Part shown: one piece after another, positions 1-6,475 of the stretch | Numbering within the stretch: position 1 is the stretch's first letter | Layout: each line of letters starts with the position of its first letter | Virus record (IMG/VR): IMGVR_UViG_3300024518_000024 | Coordinates: 1-12,620 of that record | Length of the DNA: 12,620 bases | Reading direction: 5' to 3' (one strand) | Source: a virus | Notes under the pieces: generated by a model | Database searches by the model: none | What the model saw: only the letters and a program-made list of their open reading frames with translations | Told to the model about the DNA's origin: nothing | Position numbers and translations under genes: made by a program

Positions 1-122
1 ACTCCGAGATCGCAATCTGCAAGCTCAAATATGGGAAAAACTGGCACAAGGCCTACCGAGATCAAGTTATTTCAAACGTTAAAAAGAAACATTAGTTCTT
101 TCCCAAATACAGTTTATTTTAT
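1..122. repeat. Terminal direct repeat, copy A (identical to 12499-12620); marks a circular or terminally redundant 12,498-bp genome
   Basis: Base-by-base comparison: actccgagatcgcaatctgc...agtttattttat occurs at 1-122 and again at 12499-12620 (offset 12,498). Confidence 0.95.
3..95 (+). CDS. Duplicated 3' part of the 61-aa gene at 12408-12593 (partial, caused by the terminal repeat)
   Basis: In-frame translation SEIAICKLKYGKNWHKAYRDQVISNVKKKH* is identical to the C-terminus of ORF 12408-12593. It lies wholly inside the repeat. Confidence 0.6.
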   Translation, partial: SEIAICKLKYGKNWHKAYRDQVISNVKKKH

Positions 123-426
123 CAATCCTGCTTTTCTTACATATAGGGAAGTCTGCTCTTGTGAATTGCCCTGTTTTCGTAGCACAACCCTTACAGAATA
201 ACATTTTGTGATATTTGCATTGATAATAGACATCAAACATCTCATTCTTACACCAAGAGCAATCCAATCCCGTTGAAACTGGCTCAGTAGAATCGGCAAT
301 GCCTTGAGCAACCTTGTTTTCAGAAGCTCTTCTTTCAGCTCTTAGCTTCTGCCTTGCTATCTCTTGAATGTGAGGACTGTTATCACCTTGCCACCTTTCG
401 ACATCAACACCCATCATCTCACTCAT
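79..426 (-). CDS. Cys-rich putative zinc-binding protein (115 aa), function unknown
   Basis: ORF track. The C-terminal half has CSWC-x12-CKYH-x5-CKGC-x15-C spacing typical of zinc-ribbon or treble-clef folds. Its ATG overlaps the upstream RHH gene stop (ATGA, 423-426), indicating a two-gene operon. Confidence 0.6.
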   Translation of the reverse strand: MSEMMGVDVERWQGDNSPHIQEIARQKLRAERRASENKVAQGIADSTEPVSTGLDCSWCKNEMFDVYYQCKYHKMLFCKGCATKTGQFTRADFPICKKSRIDKINCIWERTNVSF

Positions 427-665
427 TTCTTCACCTTCTTAAAAATCTTAGTTTTAAGCTTGTCAATATCCTGTAAACTCTTCATCTGTATATCTGCTCT
501 ACCTATCTCAAACTGCAACTCATCATCAGACATAAGGGCTGTGGGATCATCAGTCTTAAGGAAATGATCCTTAAGAACTTGATTAACCAAAGAAGAGGCA
601 TTCGACTCCTTTCTCAAACGTTCTGCTAATTCCTGATCAATCGAGAATATCTTGTTAGTCTTCAT
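423..665 (-). CDS. Ribbon-helix-helix (CopG/Arc/MetJ-like) transcription regulator, 80 aa
   Basis: The N-terminus KIFSIDQELAERLRKESNASSLVNQVLKDHF fits the beta-strand/helix/turn/helix RHH pattern. It is the first gene of the - strand unit, divergent from the structural operon across the repeat-rich intergenic region. Confidence 0.7.
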   Translation of the reverse strand: MKTNKIFSIDQELAERLRKESNASSLVNQVLKDHFLKTDDPTALMSDDELQFEIGRADIQMKSLQDIDKLKTKIFKKVKK

Positions 666-686
666 GTTTGTTAGTAGTTAGTTAAG

Positions 687-694
687 TATTTAAA
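687..694 (-). promoter_or_regulatory. TATA-box-like octamer TTTAAATA (read on - strand) ending 22 nt before the ATG at 665
   Basis: Plus strand tatttaaa at 687-694 reads TTTAAATA on the - strand. There is no Shine-Dalgarno between it and the ATG (aactactaacaaacATG). Four + strand sites share this geometry. Confidence 0.6.
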
Positions 695-731
695 TATATA
701 GGTAATAGATAGTAGTAGTAGTTGTAGAAAG

Positions 732-752
732 TTCCAGTGGAAATAGGGGGGT
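732..752 (+). promoter_or_regulatory. Archaeal ORB-like element (dyad TTCCA-G-TGGAA, then A-TA and a G6 string); candidate Orc1/Cdc6 binding site
   Basis: The sequence is TTCCAGTGGAAATAGGGGGGT. It has a short dyad plus a downstream G-string and sits next to the AT-rich stretch 666-730. As I remember it, the archaeal ORB resembles TCCACAGGAAACGGAGGGGT. Confidence 0.45.
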
Positions 753-799
753 GTTCCTCTACTACTCTTAATGACAAACCTTAATAACTTTGTTCACTA

Positions 800-819
800 T
801 TGAATCGTACACGATTCAA
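800..819. promoter_or_regulatory. Perfect inverted repeat TTGAATCGT-ac-ACGATTCAA flanked by TTCACT direct repeats; candidate operator
   Basis: The 9-bp arms at 800-808 and 811-819 are exact reverse complements. TTCACT occurs at 793-798 and 824-829 on either side. Confidence 0.5.
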
Positions 820-867
820 AGCATTCACTCATTATTAATGGCATTATATCGTTGCGTAGAGGTTTTA

Positions 868-1108
868 CTGTCACTCAGTGACAATTGTAGTACCTATATT
901 CAGTGACAGTGACAATGTAGTACCTAACCGTAGAGAGGCTCTAGAGGCCATATTTGGGTACTTCAGCCCTTATGCATTTTTCATTGTTACTAAGTGACAG
1001 TTACAATATATATGTCACTACAATTATGTTACAGTGACACTATTGGTTCGCTTAACTGTAACTCAGTGACAGTTACAAATCTGTCACTGTCACGTAGTAA
1101 CAGTGACA
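868..1108. repeat. Iteron-like array: 11 copies of GTGACA/TGTCAC plus related GTTACA/TGTAAC motifs, arranged as nested direct and inverted repeats
   Basis: GTGACA starts at 878, 903, 909, 994, 1034, 1066 and 1103. TGTCAC starts at 869, 1013, 1082 and 1088. A 20/21-nt direct repeat CAGTGACAA(T)TGTAGTACCTA lies at 876-896 and 907-926. The 13-mer GTGACAGTTACAA lies at 994-1006 and 1066-1078. Inverted repeats are TGTCAC-tca-GTGACA (869-883) and TGTAACT-cagtgac-AGTTACA (1057-1077). Confidence 0.85.
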
Positions 1109-1119
1109 CCGACGTTGTA

Positions 1120-1151
1120 GGGGGGGGGATAATGGGGGGGGGTCATCCCCC
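1120..1151 (+). repeat. Twin homopolymer tracts G9-ATAAT-G9 followed by TCAT-C5 (potential G-quadruplex or GC hairpin)
   Basis: Counted directly: G at 1120-1128, ATAAT at 1129-1133, G at 1134-1142, TCAT at 1143-1146, C at 1147-1151. Confidence 0.9.
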
Positions 1152-1161
1152 AGACAAAAAT

Positions 1162-1169
1162 ATTATATA
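1162..1169 (+). promoter_or_regulatory. TATA-box-like octamer ATTATATA ending 22 nt before the terminase ATG (1191), preceded by A-rich BRE-like acaaaaa
   Basis: The sequence is cagacaaaaatATTATATAgttaacagtattaggcgaacaATG. There is no Shine-Dalgarno before 1191. Confidence 0.6.
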
Positions 1170-1190
1170 GTTAACAGTATTAGGCGAACA

Positions 1191-2513
1191 ATGGAGTATG
1201 ACAATTGGCAAAAATCTATACTTGAGGCAGAAGGAGACCTTTTAGCAAATACCGGCAGACAAGTGGGGAAAACGATGACTTTTAGCCACAAAATCGCGAT
1301 TTACCTGCTCAACAACCCGAAGCACCAAGTAATCGTGGTTTCCCTCACGGAAGACCAAGCTCAGCTGATAATCGTGATGATTTTGGACTATCTCCAGAAA
1401 AATCACAAAACACTAGTGCAAAAGGGCAAAAACAAGCCTACGAAGAGCAGAGTTTGGCTAAAAAACGGCGCGCACGTGATAAGCAGACCGGTCGGTAACA
1501 CAGGCGACGCAGTTCGTGGCTTTACCGGAAATGTTCTGTATATTGACGAAGCGAGCGGGATGCCCGAGATGATGTGGAAGGCCAGTATGCCAACCCTTAT
1601 GACAACCGGAGGGCAGATTTGGATGAGCTCCACGCCAAGGGGTAAGTTCATAGCAGGCAGCAGTGAAAAGAATTTCTTTTTCAAGTGTTGGGAGAATTTA
1701 GATGAGAAATGGACTGTTTTCAACATAGACAGCGAAAAGGTCGTCAAAGACAGAGAAATAACGAGTGACTGGACTGAAATAACAAGAGACAAAGCCCTCA
1801 AGTTCCTAGAAAACCAGAAATTGCTCCTCTCAGAGATGGAGTATAACCAAGAATACATGGCTAAATTCCTAGATGACATGAGGCAATGGTTCGAGGATGA
1901 GACAATAATATCAGCCATGACAGAACAAAGACCCAACAAAATAACCAAAGACAGCACATACTTCTTAGGAGTAGATGTGGCAAGGATGGGGGAAGACGAA
2001 AGTACCTTTCAAATTTTCGAGCTAAGAAAGGACAAGCTCTACCAAGTCGAAAGCCAAATCACAACCAAGACTACTCTACCCCAAACCTTCCATCATATAA
2101 AGGAACTGCACCTTCTTTATGACTTTGCAAGAATCTTCATTGATTCCGCCGGGATTGGGGTAGGGGTTTTTGATTGGCTGATGTACGATGATGACACAAA
2201 GCAAATAACCGAAGCAATTGACAACTCAAAGCAGGTCATGAGTGCAGATGGGCGGACAAGAAAGCTCCAAAAGACACTCAAATACAGTCATACTAAAATG
2301 CTGATGGAAACTGGGCGGTTGCACTTACTCGATGACCCAAAGATATTCCAGTCGTTCAAGTCCGTGCAGTACGCCTACACGAACGACAATCTGGGAACGA
2401 GGCATCTCAAGATATTTGGTAACTACACCCACATTGCCGAAGGAACCACTAACGCAGTTTGGGGTGAGAAAACGAAACACTTAAATCTTCAAGTGTACTC
2501 GATTAAAGTATGA
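1191..2513 (+). CDS. terL: Terminase large subunit (ATPase plus RNase-H-like nuclease), 440 aa
   Basis: Walker A is TGRQVGKT, Walker B is VLYIDEA and the coupling motif is MSSTPRG. Nuclease-domain acidic motifs are FLGVDVARMGEDEST and IFIDSAGIGVGVFDWL. This layout is typical of phage TerL. Confidence 0.9.
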   Translation: MEYDNWQKSILEAEGDLLANTGRQVGKTMTFSHKIAIYLLNNPKHQVIVVSLTEDQAQLIIVMILDYLQKNHKTLVQKGKNKPTKSRVWLKNGAHVISRPVGNTGDAVRGFTGNVLYIDEASGMPEMMWKASMPTLMTTGGQIWMSSTPRGKFIAGSSEKNFFFKCWENLDEKWTVFNIDSEKVVKDREITSDWTEITRDKALKFLENQKLLLSEMEYNQEYMAKFLDDMRQWFEDETIISAMTEQRPNKITKDSTYFLGVDVARMGEDESTFQIFELRKDKLYQVESQITTKTTLPQTFHHIKELHLLYDFARIFIDSAGIGVGVFDWLMYDDDTKQITEAIDNSKQVMSADGRTRKLQKTLKYSHTKMLMETGRLHLLDDPKIFQSFKSVQYAYTNDNLGTRHLKIFGNYTHIAEGTTNAVWGEKTKHLNLQVYSIKV

Positions 2514-2653
2514 CTGTGGAGAAACTGATTGAGGAGATGACTGCTATTAAGGTAGCATACCCAACTTTAGAGGTTTCTGAAGTTCTCCAAATATTTGAAA
2601 TACAAGCATTGAGGGAATTGACACTGATGTTGAGGAGGATTGCAAGTGGCTGA
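2510..2653 (+). CDS. Small hypothetical protein (47 aa), translationally coupled to terL
   Basis: My own translation is MTVEKLIEEMTAIKVAYPTLEVSEVLQIFEIQALRELTLMLRRIASG*. Its ATG overlaps the terL stop (ATGA at 2510-2513). It is below the ORF-track size cutoff. Confidence 0.35.
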   Translation: MTVEKLIEEMTAIKVAYPTLEVSEVLQIFEIQALRELTLMLRRIASG

Positions 2654-3017
2654 TTTAGGCACTCTAGCAACAACCGCCCAAGTCTTGCTAGCGATAGGGA
2701 ATGACGCAGGAACGGCACAAGTTTTAGAGGCCAATACTAATATTTGGATTCTAATGGCAGAAAGCGATATCGAAAAGCAATTTGGAGATAATGTGGGTAT
2801 TGTTGCAAACTACGCAAGCATAACCGCGGCAAACAAACAATGGTTAGCAATGGTGGCATCACATAGAGCTGCATTCTATGGAATTAACCAAGACCAAGGT
2901 AGTTGGCAATTATCAGTCAGTCAATCTAAATTAAATGTATGTGATTCTATATGGCAGGGTTTCATTTCAGACCTGAAGGACAATAAGGCCGATATAATTT
3001 CAGACTTAGGGCTATAA
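2640..3017 (+). CDS. Hypothetical virion protein (about 125 aa), possibly a head-tail adaptor
   Basis: ORF track (TTG start at 2640). GTG at 2646 sits 8 nt after GGAGG (2633-2637) and may be the real start. The protein is helical, about 14 kDa, and lies between terL and the portal. The adaptor role is a guess from size and position only. Confidence 0.55.
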   Translation: MQVADLGTLATTAQVLLAIGNDAGTAQVLEANTNIWILMAESDIEKQFGDNVGIVANYASITAANKQWLAMVASHRAAFYGINQDQGSWQLSVSQSKLNVCDSIWQGFISDLKDNKADIISDLGL

Positions 3018-3709
3018 TGGTATTACCCACACCCTTCACAACCTCTTCTCCAACAATAGCCACTTATGACTTTACTGAAATAGCGGAAGCCACGGGTTTC
3101 GTTACCTTCTATGGTAGTCAGTCAATAGATGACACAACCAAGACACACTTCCTTTCTTCTAATAAGACAAACTCCCAATTCATAGTAACCAAAGCAGCCC
3201 TATCCACAGAATCATTCTCCAAAGTTATTGACCTTGATTTTGATGTTCTCTTCAATCTTCCCCAAACTGTAAGGGGTACAGCTAGAGCTAACATAACAGT
3301 TGGCGGAGGTAACCTAGGTTCAGCAAATACAGTCGGTCAGGCATATGCGGTAATAAGGCTTAGGCATTGGGATGGTACAACAGAAACGGAGGTGGCGGAA
3401 GCACAAACCCATAAAATAGAATGGGCATCAAACGCCAACTATTCTGAAATAATGAACGTGGCTTTAGATGCAACTGCATCACAACATTATAAAAAAGGTG
3501 ACACCCTTAGAATGACAGTAGAGATATGGGGAAAGGTAGGCTCAGGTGCTAACGGTTCAGACTGTGGATTTGGACATGACCCAAACGAAAGAATAGACCC
3601 CGGACTTACTGAGGCAATACCCCCAGTTGCAGACACACAGGGGCAAGTAGTAACCGATGCAAACACAACTCAACTATCTTTCCTAATTCCCTTCAGATTA
3701 GAGGTATAA
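3017..3709 (+). CDS. Hypothetical structural protein, beta-rich, 230 aa
   Basis: ORF track. Its start overlaps the previous stop (TAATG). Composition is rich in T, S, G and N, as in beta-sandwich virion proteins. I recognise no family. Confidence 0.6.
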   Translation: MVLPTPFTTSSPTIATYDFTEIAEATGFVTFYGSQSIDDTTKTHFLSSNKTNSQFIVTKAALSTESFSKVIDLDFDVLFNLPQTVRGTARANITVGGGNLGSANTVGQAYAVIRLRHWDGTTETEVAEAQTHKIEWASNANYSEIMNVALDATASQHYKKGDTLRMTVEIWGKVGSGANGSDCGFGHDPNERIDPGLTEAIPPVADTQGQVVTDANTTQLSFLIPFRLEV

Positions 3710-4786
3710 ATGTCACAATTCGACCAAAACAAAGGCACAACCACAGACTTCTCGGCAAATGTAGAAGACTTCATAGTAACATCAAAGGCCTTAGACATAG
3801 CCAGCCCTGTGTCAGGGGAATACTATTGGTACTTTGACAAAGCAACCACAAACTTCGGCTACTACCTAGAGATTCCAGAGATATTCTCAGCAGCCAACTC
3901 CTTAGCAACATGGGCTTTCGGGAGGGGATGGATAACACCAGACCTTAGAATGCAATCACAACTAGAACACGTTAAGGGTTCAGGCATAGACCACTTTGAT
4001 AAAATAGTATTTAATCATGAGATTGTTAAGCTAATTGTAGGGGATGCATTTGCTGAAGTTAAGAAGAGCAACGGCCTTATTGTTAATATTATACCCATCT
4101 CACCGGAAAGAGTAAGGATAGTCTTTGGAAAATCTGGATTGATTAAGCGTTATGATGCATGGAATAATCAAAAGTGGGTTCCTATCAAAGTAGAGAATAT
4201 GTTACATAGTAGAAACAAACCAATCGGTGACAGCGTACATGGACAGAGCCAAGTCGAGCCAGCTAAGTTTATTATAGATGCAAGGAATGAGGCTTTGGCT
4301 GATGAGCGTGTTATCAAGCATAGAGATAAGGCCTTAGGTATTGTTTATTACAAAACGAACAACGCCGGAAAGATAACATATACAAACAGTCAGATAGAGA
4401 AGGCAGTGAACAAGGGGGAGATGCTCGGGCTGCCTGAAGACACAGCTAAGATAGACCCATATCCAAGTAGAAGCAGCGAAGACCGAACAGCATGGATAAG
4501 CTACCTTGAAAACTTCTTTTATCAAGTGTTCGGTGTACCGAGAAGTATTGCAACGAGTGACGGAACGAGTGAGGTGGGTGGTAAGATGGGTCACGTTATC
4601 TTTGAACCGGTATATGTTAAGGAGCAAAAGGACTTCGAGGCAGACCTATTGTTACAGCACTCAATCAAAGTACTATTCAATAGACCTCCTAGCTTAGGGG
4701 GATTGGCTGCTGAAACAGAGCAAAAGAATACCGGACAAACTAGCATTCAACCAAATGATGTGGAGGCATCTATAACAAGAGAATAA
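3710..4786 (+). CDS. Portal protein (HK97/PF04860-like pattern), 358 aa
   Basis: GDAFAEVKKSNGLIVNIIPISPERVRIVFGKSGLIKRYDAW...MLHSRN...GDSVHGQSQVEP and YLENFFYQVFGVPRSI match the conserved portal pattern as I recall it (G.ay...l.pl.p..v...g.i..Y...vlH...G.S and ia.afgvP..l). GAGGT lies 9 nt before the ATG. Confidence 0.75.
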   Translation: MSQFDQNKGTTTDFSANVEDFIVTSKALDIASPVSGEYYWYFDKATTNFGYYLEIPEIFSAANSLATWAFGRGWITPDLRMQSQLEHVKGSGIDHFDKIVFNHEIVKLIVGDAFAEVKKSNGLIVNIIPISPERVRIVFGKSGLIKRYDAWNNQKWVPIKVENMLHSRNKPIGDSVHGQSQVEPAKFIIDARNEALADERVIKHRDKALGIVYYKTNNAGKITYTNSQIEKAVNKGEMLGLPEDTAKIDPYPSRSSEDRTAWISYLENFFYQVFGVPRSIATSDGTSEVGGKMGHVIFEPVYVKEQKDFEADLLLQHSIKVLFNRPPSLGGLAAETEQKNTGQTSIQPNDVEASITRE

Positions 4787-5841
4787 TGCCACATACACGT
4801 GAACACTTTGCAACGGGTACAACAAACCCGAATGCACCAATCCCAATACTGCCCTCAGAAATAGAAGGGCAGGATTTCAGTGTCGATACTGGGAGAGAGG
4901 ATTGTGAAAGACTGGGAGGTACATGGGACGCAGCAGCAAGAATATGCAGGGGTGCTGAATCAAGACCCCCTTTCGACCCAGCACCATTCACACCGGAGAT
5001 AATTAGAGCAGGTAAGGGAGAGCGTAATGAAGGCAGAATAACAGGTACTACGTTACCAGATGGTTCTACATTCTTTGGCAACGAAGCTGAAATAAGGGAC
5101 TTAGTGGGGAAGAGAGTACAACAATTAACTGACCCCTCAGGCTCACAACCGGCTGGTACAACTAGGACTAATATTGAGATTGGAAGGGAGCAATCTTTAT
5201 TGCAATCTCAGGGTGCACAACTAGCGCAACAAGTCGGGCAGATAAGCCCATCAACTGGCATCACTCCAACAAACTTATCTCAAACTGATGCTATTACTGC
5301 TGGTGTCATGAATTCAATACCTAGAGCTTTGGGTTTAGCTGCGGGATATGCTGCAATAGGTGGTGCAGCAGGTTTAGCAACAGGCCCAGCAGCACCAGTT
5401 GTAAGTCCGGCCTTAGCAATAGCAGGTGCAACTGCAGGTCTTGTACAAGGAATAGGGGGGGGAATGATTAGCAATATGAGAGGACAGAGGACAGACAACA
5501 CCAACGCACAACAAAGGGTTCTTGATGAGGGTAAGCAAACCCTGAAGGATTGGAGTACCTTAGCGAAGGCCGACCCAGCAAACAGGGAGTTTTACTTATC
5601 ACAGTTTAACGTACAACTTCAATTAATACAAGATGCTCATGTTCAGATGCTAACCGATACAAACGCAGATGTGGCCAAGTTTGAAAGTGCGGTTCCCAAC
5701 CTAGCTGAGTTTAATTCGTTCTACTCAGCAGGGGGAGAGAGGGATGCCTTAGTTGAGGACATGAGAATATCCCTAACCACACCAGTGAGTATTGAGTATG
5801 CTATGGTAGAGCTGACAACTAGGAGAGCAAATGATATCTGA
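4786..5841 (+). CDS. Hypothetical protein with a central Gly/Ala-zipper membrane-like segment (351 aa); possible internal, ejection or membrane-active virion protein
   Basis: ORF track. Residues ALGLAAGYAAIGGAAGLATGPAAPVVSPALAIAGATAGLVQGIGGGMI form two hydrophobic glycine-zipper stretches. The C-terminal third is helical. The start overlaps the portal stop (TAATG). Confidence 0.6.
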   Translation: MPHTREHFATGTTNPNAPIPILPSEIEGQDFSVDTGREDCERLGGTWDAAARICRGAESRPPFDPAPFTPEIIRAGKGERNEGRITGTTLPDGSTFFGNEAEIRDLVGKRVQQLTDPSGSQPAGTTRTNIEIGREQSLLQSQGAQLAQQVGQISPSTGITPTNLSQTDAITAGVMNSIPRALGLAAGYAAIGGAAGLATGPAAPVVSPALAIAGATAGLVQGIGGGMISNMRGQRTDNTNAQQRVLDEGKQTLKDWSTLAKADPANREFYLSQFNVQLQLIQDAHVQMLTDTNADVAKFESAVPNLAEFNSFYSAGGERDALVEDMRISLTTPVSIEYAMVELTTRRANDI

Positions 5842-5968
5842 CCCCTTACTTAACTACGGCATGGCAGGCATATTCATAGCCTACTTAATCTATGACAGAC
5901 AGGTGCTAGTCAGAGGCCTTGTTAAATCTATTGACAACCTAACTGCTGCAATACAGAAACATTTATAA
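5831..5968 (+). CDS. Small single-pass membrane protein (45 aa)
   Basis: My own translation is MISDPLLNYGMAGIFIAYLIYDRQVLVRGLVKSIDNLTAAIQKHL*. AGGAG (5821-5825) lies 5 nt before the ATG. One hydrophobic helix is followed by an amphipathic tail. It overlaps the preceding gene end by 11 nt. Confidence 0.5.
   Translation: MISDPLLNYGMAGIFIAYLIYDRQVLVRGLVKSIDNLTAAIQKHL
5961..5968 (+). promoter_or_regulatory. TATA-box-like octamer ATTTATAA ending 22 nt before ATG 5990
   Basis: The sequence is gaaacATTTATAActagctgtgtcaggtaagagtATG, with the same spacing as the other four sites. Confidence 0.45.
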
Positions 5969-5989
5969 CTAGCTGTGTCAGGTAAGAGT

Positions 5990-6319
5990 ATGACTGAAAA
6001 TGAACAGACAGATAAGACTAACACCGTTGGAGATGACACTGATTCTAAACCTGCGGTTGCTGAGGCAGATAAACCCGTATCTATTGTGGAAGAAGCTCGT
6101 GCAATCAGAGATGAGATTAAGAAAGAAAGGGAGAAACTCGATGAGGCGAACAAGACCTCGCAGAAAATCCAAGCGGAAAATCTATTAGGTGGCTCAGCTG
6201 GTGGTCACGTTGAAGCAGTTAAGGTTTCCCCTGAAGTCCAGAAGGCAAAGGATGCAGCAACGTTTTTCAAAGGGACACAACTAGAAGAGGACATTAAGAA
6301 AGCCAATGAACAAAGCTGA
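5990..6319 (+). CDS. Acidic, helical scaffold-like protein (109 aa from ATG 5990; the ORF track opens at GTG 5975)
   Basis: The protein is highly charged with coiled-coil character (EEARAIRDEIKKEREKLDEANKTSQKIQAE) and lies upstream of the decoration and capsid genes. No prohead protease is present, which fits a separate scaffold. The function is assigned from position and composition. Confidence 0.5.
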   Translation: MTENEQTDKTNTVGDDTDSKPAVAEADKPVSIVEEARAIRDEIKKEREKLDEANKTSQKIQAENLLGGSAGGHVEAVKVSPEVQKAKDAATFFKGTQLEEDIKKANEQS

Positions 6320-6455
6320 ATGGAAAGACCAGAAAAAGATACTGGTTAAACACCTAGAAACAGCTGAAAAGAACAGAAAGACAGCTAACGACCAAATAGA
6401 TGAGCTAACTCTAACTATCTCAGCATACGATGAGAAAATCAAAACATTTAAATAA
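6306..6455 (+). CDS. Small coiled-coil hypothetical protein (49 aa)
   Basis: My own translation is MNKAEWKDQKKILVKHLETAEKNRKTANDQIDELTLTISAYDEKIKTFK*. It overlaps the scaffold-like gene end by 14 nt and fills an otherwise non-coding gap. Confidence 0.4.
   Translation: MNKAEWKDQKKILVKHLETAEKNRKTANDQIDELTLTISAYDEKIKTFK
6447..6454 (+). promoter_or_regulatory. Canonical TATA-box-like octamer TTTAAATA ending 22 nt before ATG 6476 (decoration and capsid genes)
   Basis: The sequence is atcaaaacaTTTAAATAatccgttcaccgaataactctATG. There is no Shine-Dalgarno and the upstream flank is A-rich. Confidence 0.55.
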
Positions 6456-6475
6456 TCCGTTCACCGAATAACTCT

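Noticed and set aside
83-101. Hairpin AAAGAA-n7-TTCTTT as an intrinsic terminator
   Set aside because: It has only six mostly A:T pairs, a 7-nt loop and no adjacent U-tract, which is too weak to call.
1-122. The 122-bp repeat as a true T7-like physical terminal repeat
   Set aside because: The repeat lies mostly inside a coding sequence and across a convergent gene overlap rather than in a non-coding end. A circular or circularly permuted genome closed by an assembly overlap is more likely. This cannot be settled without reads.
1040-1062. tRNA-like T-loop (GGTTCGCTT) in the intergenic region
   Set aside because: There is no complementary T-stem, acceptor stem or anticodon arm around it. It sits inside the iteron array.
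868-1108. CRISPR array interpretation of the repeat-rich intergenic region
   Set aside because: The repeat unit is only 6-21 nt, spacing is irregular, copies occur in both orientations, and there are no cas genes. This looks like an iteron or operator-type array.
1151-1190. Bacterial sigma70 -35/-10 reading of the terL upstream region (cagaca / tatata)
   Set aside because: Spacing between the best -35-like and -10-like hexamers is wrong (about 7 nt), and no -10 lies 7-12 nt before the ATG as a bacterial leaderless transcript would need. The TATA box at about -26 fits better and recurs at four other starts.
1403-1957. Long antisense ORFs inside confidently called genes: 1403-1957, 2503-2718, 4334-4627, 4770-5081, 5280-5504, 5890-6172, 6448-7273, 8528-9146, 9210-10747, 11572-12198 on the - strand, 114-311 on the - strand, and 364-567, 4506-4697 and 6000-6188 on the + strand
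   Set aside because: All lie opposite or out of frame within ORFs that have recognisable motifs or operon context. Their products are low-complexity and rich in Leu, Ser and Pro, typical of shadow frames. None has a ribosome-binding site or promoter-like box.
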